Assembly: GCA_900128585.1 (NCBI GenBank)
Contig: LT642191.1
Span: forward strand, 1-37,774
Origin: Stramenopiles sp. TOSAG23-3
Taxonomy: Eukaryota
Reading direction: 5' to 3'
Length of the DNA stretch: 37,774 nt
Of this stretch, positions 9,752 through 20,136 are shown one piece after another. The first letter of the stretch is position 1. Each line of letters begins with the position of its first letter. A model generated the notes under the pieces. The model was not told where the DNA came from, made no database searches, and saw only the letters and a list, made by a program, of their open reading frames with translations. Position numbers and translations under genes: made by a program.

Positions 9752-11608
9752 ATGGAAGAAGACAACACCTTGGTGGAAGTGGATCTGCCGGATTTGCCGG
9801 AAGCGTTAGACGTGGCAACCTACACTCGTGAGCGGCACGTGCTGCTTATTGACAACAAAGAATTCCAAGGGGCGCGGTTTTTGCGGTACCAGCGGGGTTC
9901 CTACCTTCAAGCGGCGCGGCAAGAGGACGTGCAGCCCGAGACGCTGCGAAAGGCGCTCGTTGGGGGGCTGCAACACGGGGGATGGTTTGTCATGGCGTTT
10001 GGGTCGTTGGAAACGAACCTACAGACCGTCTTCTCGGAGGAGATGTTCCCCAACTTTGAGCAATTAATGGACAGGAGGTCCTTGTACTTGGAAGAAGTGC
10101 ACACCCCGTTGCTTCGCCCAGACGCGGGGGACCCTACCCCCCAACAATTCGTCGCACGGGACGAGTTCAAGTTGATATTTGTCACGGACAAGGATCCACC
10201 GCAGGAAGGCCTTCAAGCGTGCACCAGGAACTTTCAAGTGATAAAGTTGAAGAACGCCGATGAAGATGTCGGCGCGGCAGCGTCTGGGGCTGGGGACGGC
10301 CAGTTCAAAGCCGACAGCCAGCTGGCGAGCATGTTCGGGGTGAAACTAGTAAAGCGGAACAGCGCCGACATGGTGGAAGAAGCGTTCGACGGGAACATGG
10401 AACAGGTGAAAGAGTGGCTGGAGAAAGGGTACGACCTCGAGAGCGTGGACGGCCACGAAAACACGTCCCTTGGGGAAGCGGCTGCTCAGGGCCATGACGA
10501 CTTGGTTGGGTACTTGTTGGATCTGGGGGCGGACCCGAACACCCAGAACGATCAGGGGCGAAGCCCTCTCTTTCGTGCCTCGTTCAACGGGCACGACTCG
10601 ACGGTCATCTTGCTGCTCAACAGCGGGGGGGACCCAGACCTGAAAGCTCAGGGTGCAGAGGCACCGACACACGTTGCAAAGACCGAGGAGCTGCGGGCCC
10701 GGCTGGATGCGTGGGACAGGAACTTGATGGAGGAGTTGAAGGCCGAGCGGTTGAAAATTATTCGTGCAAAGATGGAGGAACGGCTGTCCACGGCGGCGGA
10801 AAAGGAAGCGCTGGCCCGGGACCTCATCCGGAAGTCTTTAGTCAAGTACGCAAAGACGGGAAACATTGAAGAATTGAAGAGTGAAATCGAGCGGTGTGTC
10901 ATGGAAGCAGAGCGGGAAGGCGCTCGCACTTGCCGAGGGAGCGTGGCGTGCCGGGACGACCGAGGCCAGACCTTGCTGATGGTCGCCGCCCAAGAGGGGC
11001 AGCTGGAAATGGTAAAGTTTCTGCTACACCACTGGGAAACGATAGAGGACGACATTTTTGGCGGGGGGGCCACGATGGAGAAACGGGCGTTTCGCTCGAA
11101 CGTCAATTGTCGGGACAGCAAGGGGTGGACCCCAGTATCAGTGGCAGCATTTCATGCAAAGAAGGACGTCCTAAAGGAGTTGCTGGCGGCGGGGGGAAAC
11201 CCCTTGATCCCAAACGTGTACAAAAAAAATGCATTTCAAGTTGTCGAAACCCGAACGGATCTGTTGGGGGCAGTGTTGAAAGAAGGGAACGACGAAATTT
11301 TGGAAGTGCTGAATTCATGGAGGGCAGAGAAAAAGAAGGAAGACATGGGCTTTGTAGAGGAATCTGAAACCGCCACGAACAATGCCACTGAGGGGGGAGA
11401 AGCTGCGGCCACCCCAGCGGGCCCCAAGCCGGCCGAGAAAGCCTCCGAGGCGAAGGGGAAGACGAAGGGGGCGAAGAAGGGGGGCAAAAAGGGGGGGAAG
11501 AAGAAAGCTGCGGGGGCGACTGGGAAAAAGTCCCCCGCTGGAAGTGGGGCAAAGGCCGCGCGTGCCCTCAGCAATTCTCCCAATAAGCAGAAAAAGAAAA
11601 AAGGGTAA
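9752..11608 (+). CDS. Ankyrin-repeat protein, IQANK1-like
   Basis: Ankyrin repeats (ENTSLGEAAAQG, GRSPLFRASFNGH, GQTLLMVAAQEG, GWTPVSVAAFH), EEAFDG and LLID..FLRY..LRKALVG segments recalling IQANK1, and a Lys-rich tail. Start is ATG 9752 or 9674. Confidence 0.7.
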   Translation: MEEDNTLVEVDLPDLPEALDVATYTRERHVLLIDNKEFQGARFLRYQRGSYLQAARQEDVQPETLRKALVGGLQHGGWFVMAFGSLETNLQTVFSEEMFPNFEQLMDRRSLYLEEVHTPLLRPDAGDPTPQQFVARDEFKLIFVTDKDPPQEGLQACTRNFQVIKLKNADEDVGAAASGAGDGQFKADSQLASMFGVKLVKRNSADMVEEAFDGNMEQVKEWLEKGYDLESVDGHENTSLGEAAAQGHDDLVGYLLDLGADPNTQNDQGRSPLFRASFNGHDSTVILLLNSGGDPDLKAQGAEAPTHVAKTEELRARLDAWDRNLMEELKAERLKIIRAKMEERLSTAAEKEALARDLIRKSLVKYAKTGNIEELKSEIERCVMEAEREGARTCRGSVACRDDRGQTLLMVAAQEGQLEMVKFLLHHWETIEDDIFGGGATMEKRAFRSNVNCRDSKGWTPVSVAAFHAKKDVLKELLAAGGNPLIPNVYKKNAFQVVETRTDLLGAVLKEGNDEILEVLNSWRAEKKKEDMGFVEESETATNNATEGGEAAATPAGPKPAEKASEAKGKTKGAKKGGKKGGKKKAAGATGKKSPAGSGAKAARALSNSPNKQKKKKG

Positions 11609-11859
11609 GGGGCACGGCGAACATGGCAACCACAAGAAAAAGGTGTGTGGTTTGAGCGAGAAGAGGCCGGAAATGCAAAGCAACGTGTTTTTCACGGACG
11701 AGCATTTTTTGAAGAAGAAACAAGATCTCATTTACTTTTACTGAGCGAGGTTGCTTATGTACGCACTGTGAAATTTTAATAACTTGTAACATTACGATAT
11801 ACTTCACCCTCCAGGATTACTCTTAAATATTGTTTCGTTCCAAAATACAACTTCGATGC

Positions 11860-12534
11860 TTAGCAGCAGCCTTTCCCCCCACCGCTCTTCCCCCCGGTCG
11901 AACTTTCGTCAATGGAATCTTCCCTAATACGAACCGTCTTCGCTGCGCTACCGCGCTTTCCACCACGCTTCCTCCCACCGCCGCTTCCAAGGGTCAACGC
12001 CCCGCCATCGTTGGCCGATTTCGCTAGTATACCTCTGGCAAGGTGCAAAAAACTTTCATTCAAACCACGCCCAAGCTTCGCCGAAGTGTCAAAATGGGTA
12101 GCACCGACACTCTTTGCAAAGTCGAGCGCGTCTTGCTTCTTCACCACTCGTCGTTTTTCCAGATCGCACTTGTTACCCGCTATCGCCATAACAATGTCAC
12201 TAGACGCGTGGCGCTTCAACTCTTGGACCCACTTGCGCACGCGCCCCAACGAGTCCCCGTCCGTGATATCGTACACAAGAAGGGCGGCATCTGCGTCCCT
12301 GTAATAGATTGGGCCTAATGCATGGAACCGCTCTTGCCCCGCGGTGTCCCATATGGACAAGTGGACACTTTGCTGGTCCACGTTTAGTTTTTTGTCCAGG
12401 TAGGAAGCCTGCAAGGTAGGCTGCTGCCTGTCGTCAAAGTTGTTTTGGCAAAAGCGAATAAGAATGGAAGTTTTTCCTACCCGACCTTCACCTAAGAGAA
12501 CGACTTTGTACTTCTTTGTTCGCGACCGAGGCAT
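11860..12534 (-). CDS. RAB21: Rab GTPase Rab21
   Basis: LLGEGRVGKTS, TLQASYL, WDTAGQERFHALGPIYYRD, GNKCD, TSAK, and a C-terminal CC prenylation motif. Confidence 0.93.
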   Translation of the reverse strand: MPRSRTKKYKVVLLGEGRVGKTSILIRFCQNNFDDRQQPTLQASYLDKKLNVDQQSVHLSIWDTAGQERFHALGPIYYRDADAALLVYDITDGDSLGRVRKWVQELKRHASSDIVMAIAGNKCDLEKRRVVKKQDALDFAKSVGATHFDTSAKLGRGLNESFLHLARGILAKSANDGGALTLGSGGGRKRGGKRGSAAKTVRIREDSIDESSTGGKSGGGKGCC

Positions 12535-13388
12535 CCTTCGTCCCGTTTATCTAACAACTAAATTTAAATACAAATACGAACAGGCACTCTCTCTCTCTGT
12601 CGGTCTGGTCTGTGTCTGGAAGGCACTAAACGTTGCTGTAACCTTTGGCGGCAAGCGCTTACTACAAAGAAAACGAACAAAGACTGGTTTATATATAAAC
12701 ACAACTCAATTCGATTTGAATATTTGTTTCTTCTTCTCTTTTCTATTCCTTCGATCATTCTTCTTTTTTTCTTTTCTTTGGTTCATGGCATTGAAGTTCG
12801 TTAGTTAATAATGTTACCAAATTTGATTATAAAATTAATATATTATTATTATTATATTAAATAAAAATAATAATAAAAAAAAATATAAAATAATAAAAAG
12901 ACTTTTATTTTTTTATTTCGTTCTTCTTCCTTCCCTTCCCTCCTTCCTTCTTCTTTTCTTCTTCTTCTTTTCTCTTCTTCATTTTATTATTATTATTTTT
13001 ATTTTTTATTTGTTTTGTTTTGTTTTGTTGTTCAAATAGTTAGTCTATTTATTATTGTATTCCTATGGTATTCAATGTAAATAATTTTTGGAACTTTTTC
13101 TTTTTTCTCCGTCTGTCTGGTCTCTCGCTCAGTTGATCCTTATTTCCATATAGGCATTACACTACAAATATTAACACTTAAGTACTGAAAGACAAGATAA
13201 TTCGTCGCTGAAAGTTCTTCAAATAAATATATAGGTAATATTATATAATTATGTATATATATATTGTATTAAATTTGTATTATAATAACATTATATAGTC
13301 TAGTATATAATTTATGTACTTATAGTTTTAATATTATTTATATGGTTTGTTATTTTTACCTATGTTTGTATTTAGAAACTGACCTCGA

Positions 13389-13410
13389 TCGAGCTCGAGC
13401 TCGAGCTCGA
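13389..13410. repeat. Perfect 22-bp palindrome, (TCGAGC)n
   Basis: tcgagctcgagctcgagctcga is its own reverse complement. Confidence 0.9.
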
Positions 13411-13815
13411 GAGCGGTTTAAATAGAAAAGATGAAAATGTCAATAGTACTGTTGCAAGTTTTAATATAATTAATAATTTAAATTAAATAAAAGTAAAGTA
13501 AGCCACGCACCCACCCAACAACACCCTTTCTTACAGATCGTTTGTTCGTTTGTACATATATGAATATAAATTAAACCGTGCGAATCGAGAGCTGTCTGTT
13601 GCATGAATGAATGAATTAAACTTTTATTTTATTTTAATTATAGGACTACTTTTAATAGACGACTATGGAGTGAGTCATCCCAGACTAATTATATTTAATA
13701 CTATCGTTATTATAAGCAAGGAGAAGACGAAGAAAGAAGCGAGGACGACGGAAAATAATAAATACAGTTAAAATTATTTTCACTTTCTTAGACTATTAAA
13801 TATTTATCCAACCTT

Positions 13816-13883
13816 GCCAAGCCAAGCCAAGCCAAGCCTCAAGCCTCAAGCCAAGCCTCAAGCCAAGCCTCAAGCCTCAAGCC
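13816..13883. repeat. Compound GCCAA/GCCTCAA tandem repeat
   Basis: Mixed 5- and 7-bp units are directly visible. Confidence 0.9.
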
Positions 13884-14281
13884 TTGCTTTGCTAGACAGA
13901 CTATCTTGGTATAATATTCGTTAGAGTTTGCAACAAAACAGGAACAAGTAACAATAGACTAGTATACACAATGCCGAGTACAATATATATGGACAGAGCA
14001 TCCAGTTAACATTGTCTCGCTTGAGGTAGGAGGCGTAGGAGGGAAAAGAGAAGAAAAAAAAGTATTTTTTATTTATTTACTATGATGATGATGATTCAGC
14101 TGTATGTAATAAATAAGCAACTCTCAGAAAACGGCACACAAACAAAACGGGGCAGTTGTGGAATGCAAGCATTGTTCTCGTCTACCCACACAAAAAATAG
14201 CGACAGGGAATGCATGTAAGAGAGGACGCCAAGTGGACCAATAACCGCGTTTGAAGTAGGAAACACACCAGCTGCTAGATC

Positions 14282-17200
14282 ATGAACGGAAAACAGAGCC
14301 GGGACCTTTCCGAGCCTTCGAGCTCGTCTGCGGCGTCCAGCTATCGTGGGATGTCCAGCAAGATTTCCGTTATCGAAGGCATTCGCCAGAAGGCTAAGCG
14401 CGAGGTTGAGTTCCAGCTCCACGCCTTTGAAACAAAAAGTCGATATCGGGGGCATGACGTGGAAACAGTGAAGCACGTAAGGCGCACGAAGGTCCACCGG
14501 ATGTCCGCAGACGATGAGAAGGAACTTCGCAAGCAAGTTGCCCACGAACGGGCCCACCGCATGCACAAACAGCGCTTGCTGAATGGGATAAAGCGGCACC
14601 AGCAGCTTGCAGAAGAACGTTTTCCAGAATATAGCATGGATCAGTTCGTAGATTCAGCTTCGTCGAAAAGATCCAGCGAGAAGAAAAAATTGCAGAATAG
14701 GGCTCTTGCAAAACTGCACAGGCAAGTGGACTTGGAGCACGCCATGAAGGTTTTGCCGCACTACAACGGCGACCTCTTTGGGACTCACAGGAGTTACCTG
14801 GCAGGGGTCATGTACATGTCTCGGATGACGGCTGCGAAAAAGCACAAATCGCGCAATCCCTGGGACAATGGGAACGAAAACGGTGGTTATGATACCGCCG
14901 AAGATAAAAAAGTAATAGAGTTTTTGGAAAACAAACAAAACGTAGCCAAATCTTTGTGCAATTTGTCGTGGCACAAATCCAATAGCAGAAAATTAGTCCA
15001 CGAAGGCGGACTGAAAGTGTTAGTAGAAATGTCAGATTTGGATGACTTCTCCATAAGGCTGTCTTGTGCCATTGCCCTCCATAATCTTTCCAGGGACCCA
15101 GACGTCCAAGCAGACTTGTTTGAAAACTATGTCGTGGAGACTATTGCCCGCCTTAGCCAGACAACAGGGGAATCCGCGCAGCTGCTGTTGGCACATTGCA
15201 TCGGGGCATTGTGCGCCTTAAGTGCCGTGCAGGGCTACGAGGCTCAAATGGTGAGAGAAGGGGCCCTGAAAGCAATTGATGTTGCCCTGGAAAGCCCGCA
15301 GACGTTAGAAGTCCAAAAATTGTTAACCTCATGCTTGTTGAATTTGACAACGTGCTTCGATGAGGCAACGTCCTACCCAGGCTGGGAGCGGGTGATAAAT
15401 TCATGCCGGAGCGCCATTTCATCCTACCTTGTCGACACCCGAGCGAAGCATCACGTTGCTAGCGCTTTGAGCAATTTGGCCTTGTACGAAAACCATAGGG
15501 CAAGAATGATATCGGAAGGAATGGTCAAGGACCTGACCGAGTTTTACGAGATGTTTGATTCCAACAACTCAGTGTCCAGCGCGGTGTTCAGTGATGCGGA
15601 AGCAGCCATAGCTTCAACAATGAATTATCTGGCCTCATGCCACGGCGAGTTGAAGTCTGCCGTCGTGCGGCAAAACGGCGTGCAGCTGTTGGTGAGGATA
15701 TCTCGTTCAAAGAATAATTTAACCCGCCAAAGGTGTATTATGGCCTTAAATAGTTTAGCAATGGATACACACGGCGAGGGGCGCGCTGCGGGGCAGGTTA
15801 TTGGACCGATTGTTCAGCTGTCCGACTCGAGAAACCCAACTACACGTTTCCGGTGCACGGCTGCGTTCAGGTCCATGTCTAGTCGACAAGGCAGTCGGAA
15901 ACAAATGATGAAATCGAACGTTGTCTCCGTCTTGTTGCGGATGATTAACACAGAAATTAACCTGAGCGAGGATGTGTGGAGTGCCAGCATATGCAACTGC
16001 ACGATTACATTGTGCAACTTGCTGATTTCTGTTGACACAAGGGCGCGGGCTATTGAAGGAAAGGCGTTTGACAGCGTTATCATGCTTTTGCAAAGGCAGC
16101 AGAAACTACAGGAGCAACAAATTTGTTGCGATGCCATTTTGACGCTGACCAACACCGCGGAAGTAGCAGGGGAGATGCGAAAAGCAAGCACGCTTGGCGT
16201 AATTGTAAGGTTGTTAGCCAGCCCAGATCCAGGCATAATCAAGTCGGTTGTCCTTATTTTGAAAGCTCTTTGCAAAGACAAGAAAACTTGCACCACATTT
16301 TGCGCTCTGCGACCCGACTCCTTGCCGTACCTTGTCAACTTGTTAACAACACCGGACGAAGAAATTGTTTTGAATGTTTTAATCGTAATTTCGATGGCCA
16401 TCGGCACAACGAGCATGCGAAAGCGCATGGTCCAGGCTGGCGTGGAGAGCATAGTGTACCTATGCGGGGGGGCGAACAAGGAGATCCAAATATGGTGCGC
16501 AGCGATTCTTTGCGCGCTTTCCTTCACCCCAGAGTGCCGTGTACCCATAATACAGGCTGGGGCTGCCAAAGGGTTGAGCATAGTTTCGGGAATCAAAGAA
16601 GACGTCAACCAACACCGCTGTTCCATAGCCATCTGTAACCTTTCGGCAGAATTCGAATGCCGTTTGCGAATGATTGAGGATGGAGTGACCACTAGCTTGA
16701 TATCGCTTTCAAGCGCGCACCACGAGAGCATCCGTTTTAATTGTTGCAAAGCACTTTGCAATTTATCTTGTACAGTTGGGAACGAGATGGACCTGGTGCA
16801 AGCTGGCACACTCCCAGAGCTCATGCTGACTGCTTTGGTCCGCTCGGAGTACCCCATAACAAAACTCGTGTGCATCAAAACGATTGCTAACCTGATCGCC
16901 GATGATACCATCGACATTTTATTGGAGCAAGGCATTGCGTGGGCAATGATGGCTGCCACCACGGCATCGTTTGCAGAAACCGACGACGAGCCTTTAGAAG
17001 ATGGACTTCAAATTGCGGGCAATGTTTATTGCGTGGTTGCAAAGTACGACGTAGGGATAGAAAAGTTAATAGACGAGCCAGGAGTTCTACGATCTCTCGC
17101 AGTATTGATGCAGTCGGAGAGCACCGATACCCGTGGGTACGCGTGGAAAGTTCTCAAGCTGGCGTGCCAGCACCCGTGCCAGTCCCGACTGATGCAAGAA

Positions 17201-19441
17201 AACTTCTTGCAGACGTTGAAGAATATGAACGTAACGTCTAGCTTGCACATTGCAAAAAATATTGCTGCGCTTCTCTCCTTTTTGTTCCGCGACAACAAAA
17301 TACGGCGAAAGATTTCCATAGACGGGATCGGCGTAATGCAGAAAATATACTCCATGGACGACGACGACACGACGTTGCAATGCAGTGAAGCACTGACAAG
17401 ATTGAGTTGCGATGACGTGACCACCAAGGCCGTCGTGGAAAACGATGTTTTAAAGATGTACTTGACTCTAGCACAGAGGAAGGCGGTGGAGACGAGATCG
17501 TTGGTCATCCAATCGTTGCTTCATTTGTCTTTCAATGAAAAATACATAGGATCGCTTGCGAAGCAAAATGCCCTTGGTGTCGTCAAATCGTTGGTGCAGT
17601 TCGAAGACAGTGACCTGGAAAAGCACTCGTTCCTTTTGGGGATATTGCGCTCCTTTGTACTAGGCGACCAGAGAGCCCTGGTAAAGGGTTACGGGGTGAT
17701 CGATGTATCCAATATTGAAGTGACAGAAGAAAACAGTTTGCACCACAATCTTGCGAGGAGCGGGATCATAAAAACGGCAAGCAAGATATGGTCGCGGTTG
17801 GACAAGACGAATTACGGCTATTATATTCCAAAGGTTATTCAGAGGGACATTGCCGTAGTGCTGTCCAAGACAATCTACCACGTAAGAAATCAGTATGCCT
17901 CGATGCTAAACGACGGCTTGCTACCCATATTGCTTTTTCTGACCCTTCATGGGGACGACTTTTCTAGTCGCCAGGCCGTCGTTGCACTCGCCAATTTATC
18001 CCACGATGGTTCGATCAGACAGAGACTGATAGACAACGAAGTAGTTGAAACCTTGGTTGAACTTTTGAAAACCATCAAAACAGATAATGGAATTCAGCGT
18101 GACTGCGTCACTGCTTTTTGCAACCTCTCCTACTGCCTTGAACGTGGGAAGTTTTTGGTCGACTGCGGTGTTTACGACATGTCTGTGACCATGGGGAACC
18201 AATCGGACGAGTACATCCGGTCATGCTGTGGAAAAATTCTCACCAACCTGTCAGTGCACGCCGACAACACCCATGATGGTTCTGTCGCCGCGTTATTAGA
18301 GCTCTGCATGCCCGGAATGTCCACACCATCCAGAGACAAAAAGGCTGAGATACGAAGAAGCACTACTCAAGCGCATTTGGTAAAATCTCAGCGTACCTTG
18401 GAAGATTATTCTGAACCAGAAGGAACATGGGCCGATGCCCACGAATATTTTAGTAGCAATTGCAAGTTTAAGACCAAAGTTGAGGCCACTTTGGAAATTA
18501 ATTTTGCGAACGATGGCTCCGAAGAAGAGGTAGACACATCATGGGTTAAAGAAGACGCAGGCTCCGCCAGTGGCCCACCACCATCTTACCCTCCAACGAA
18601 AGATGATGAGGAAAAAGTGGCGAATGAACTGCGATCTGAACTCGTAAGCCGCAAGCAAGTACTGGCCAGCTTAATAGAAGAAGATATAGGGAACAGCACG
18701 GACGAAGGGGCGAACTTAGATATCGTCAAGTTTGACAAAGTCCAACCAACCCTGAGCCAATTGTGGTACGACCCCATCACAGCATTTGAAAAAGTTGGCC
18801 GCACTTTTGAAGGGGATAACGACAACGAGGAAGACTTCGATTACGACAAAGAAAGCGATACTTTTGAGGAGGATGAGACGGAAAATGTGGACAAATCACT
18901 TGGAAACCAGAAAAAGGCAGCGTCTTCTGGCCACAGCACTCGCCCCACGACATCCGCCCACGACAGTCGGGACAGTTCCCGTAGGAGTGGGGGTTCCCGC
19001 CAGCGCTCTAACAATTCTTCCGATAAAGCACAAAAAAACGATGCTAGTGGGGGATTTAAAGAACAGGAAGATGGCGAAGTAGATTTTGAAGAAGCGATAG
19101 CTAGTGATTATGGATCGCGACAGTCCCGCAGAAGTGTCGAGGAGTTGATGACTCTCAACAAAGAATCGGCACAAAAAAACAGAGGCGGGGTTTCGTTTGC
19201 ATCGGAAGGCTCGGCCGTGTTGGAGGAAAGCGAGGCCACTGCAACCCCTGCAACACGAGGAGACCAGTCAAACGTGTCATTGCTTGAAGCCGAAGGCAGG
19301 CCAACCTCCACCCCAAGCTTGCATTTCGTGGATAATGCCCTCTCAGCGGGTCTTTGGAATGAGACACCAAAGATTAAATGGGATAAATCGGAAGAGGGTG
19401 GAAAGAAAAGAGGTGGACCAGCCCATCGACGGAAGAAGTGA
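14282..19441 (+). CDS. Large armadillo-repeat protein (Vac8-like ARM array) with disordered acidic C-terminus
   Basis: Many ARM-type helices (CAIALHNLS, ALSNLA, CSIAICNLS, CCKALCNLS, AVVALANLS, CVTAFCNLS) in a 1719-aa uninterrupted ORF. Confidence 0.85.
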   Translation: MNGKQSRDLSEPSSSSAASSYRGMSSKISVIEGIRQKAKREVEFQLHAFETKSRYRGHDVETVKHVRRTKVHRMSADDEKELRKQVAHERAHRMHKQRLLNGIKRHQQLAEERFPEYSMDQFVDSASSKRSSEKKKLQNRALAKLHRQVDLEHAMKVLPHYNGDLFGTHRSYLAGVMYMSRMTAAKKHKSRNPWDNGNENGGYDTAEDKKVIEFLENKQNVAKSLCNLSWHKSNSRKLVHEGGLKVLVEMSDLDDFSIRLSCAIALHNLSRDPDVQADLFENYVVETIARLSQTTGESAQLLLAHCIGALCALSAVQGYEAQMVREGALKAIDVALESPQTLEVQKLLTSCLLNLTTCFDEATSYPGWERVINSCRSAISSYLVDTRAKHHVASALSNLALYENHRARMISEGMVKDLTEFYEMFDSNNSVSSAVFSDAEAAIASTMNYLASCHGELKSAVVRQNGVQLLVRISRSKNNLTRQRCIMALNSLAMDTHGEGRAAGQVIGPIVQLSDSRNPTTRFRCTAAFRSMSSRQGSRKQMMKSNVVSVLLRMINTEINLSEDVWSASICNCTITLCNLLISVDTRARAIEGKAFDSVIMLLQRQQKLQEQQICCDAILTLTNTAEVAGEMRKASTLGVIVRLLASPDPGIIKSVVLILKALCKDKKTCTTFCALRPDSLPYLVNLLTTPDEEIVLNVLIVISMAIGTTSMRKRMVQAGVESIVYLCGGANKEIQIWCAAILCALSFTPECRVPIIQAGAAKGLSIVSGIKEDVNQHRCSIAICNLSAEFECRLRMIEDGVTTSLISLSSAHHESIRFNCCKALCNLSCTVGNEMDLVQAGTLPELMLTALVRSEYPITKLVCIKTIANLIADDTIDILLEQGIAWAMMAATTASFAETDDEPLEDGLQIAGNVYCVVAKYDVGIEKLIDEPGVLRSLAVLMQSESTDTRGYAWKVLKLACQHPCQSRLMQENFLQTLKNMNVTSSLHIAKNIAALLSFLFRDNKIRRKISIDGIGVMQKIYSMDDDDTTLQCSEALTRLSCDDVTTKAVVENDVLKMYLTLAQRKAVETRSLVIQSLLHLSFNEKYIGSLAKQNALGVVKSLVQFEDSDLEKHSFLLGILRSFVLGDQRALVKGYGVIDVSNIEVTEENSLHHNLARSGIIKTASKIWSRLDKTNYGYYIPKVIQRDIAVVLSKTIYHVRNQYASMLNDGLLPILLFLTLHGDDFSSRQAVVALANLSHDGSIRQRLIDNEVVETLVELLKTIKTDNGIQRDCVTAFCNLSYCLERGKFLVDCGVYDMSVTMGNQSDEYIRSCCGKILTNLSVHADNTHDGSVAALLELCMPGMSTPSRDKKAEIRRSTTQAHLVKSQRTLEDYSEPEGTWADAHEYFSSNCKFKTKVEATLEINFANDGSEEEVDTSWVKEDAGSASGPPPSYPPTKDDEEKVANELRSELVSRKQVLASLIEEDIGNSTDEGANLDIVKFDKVQPTLSQLWYDPITAFEKVGRTFEGDNDNEEDFDYDKESDTFEEDETENVDKSLGNQKKAASSGHSTRPTTSAHDSRDSSRRSGGSRQRSNNSSDKAQKNDASGGFKEQEDGEVDFEEAIASDYGSRQSRRSVEELMTLNKESAQKNRGGVSFASEGSAVLEESEATATPATRGDQSNVSLLEAEGRPTSTPSLHFVDNALSAGLWNETPKIKWDKSEEGGKKRGGPAHRRKK

Positions 19442-19519
19442 TGAATGAAGTATATTATCCTCAGTATATCCGGTTTTCCACTTTGCAATCTGTATTGCAA
19501 TCCGCGCCAGTTGTACTAA

Positions 19520-19660
19520 GCCCCCAATAATGGCACCTATAAGGCCAAGATTTGTGATTTTGGCCTAAGCCGACGCTTCTCCAATGAATTGCACCGTGGT
19601 TTGGATTATATGGTAACCAGGTGGTATCGTGCCCCCGGAAAATGTGATAAAGTAAATTAA
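19520..19660 (+). pseudogene. Orphan CMGC (MAPK/CDK-like) kinase fragment
   Basis: Translates [46 protein letters not shown], containing DFG and VTRWYRAP. It is bounded by stops, and APE would be restored by removing one base in gcccccggaa. Confidence 0.75.
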
Positions 19661-20136
19661 GTATTGTTACTATATAAATGTTGCTAGTATGGGAAGGGGT
19701 GTATACGAGGAATACTCTAAAGGGAATCTGTTCTTTTATTGAAATTTTAAAAAACTTTTAGCATCTACATACCGTTGGAGACAATTTGTTTTTAAGGTAA
19801 TTATACCGAAGCACAGCATTGTACACTAAAAACTGATTTTGGAACATACGCCTCGTAGACGTCGTCCACATATATAGGGTTATGTTAAGTACATAATTTA
19901 GTATTATTTGGTAGTGTTCGATGTTCGATGTACTTCTTTCTTCGCTCGTCGATGTTCGAGTATCGAGTACCGGTCACACCTGTAAACATTGAATTTCACG
20001 TATATAACAGTATCCCTTTCATGCAGATGTCATATGTAAAACCGCGCATGTGCGTGCAAAACTAAATAATCGCCCGCTCCATAAAAATCACCTAGGAAAG
20101 AAGCACGAAGTGTAAATTTCGTTTTGTTGTTTAAAA

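Noticed and set aside
15814-16962. 382-aa antisense ORF inside the ARM gene (also 2761-3399, 8001-8729 and similar)
   Set aside because: Shadow frames opposite well-supported genes, with no recognisable motifs.
19910-19975. Repeated GTTCGA (tRNA T-loop/B-box-like)
   Set aside because: No cloverleaf stems; looks like a degenerate (GATGTTC)n repeat.
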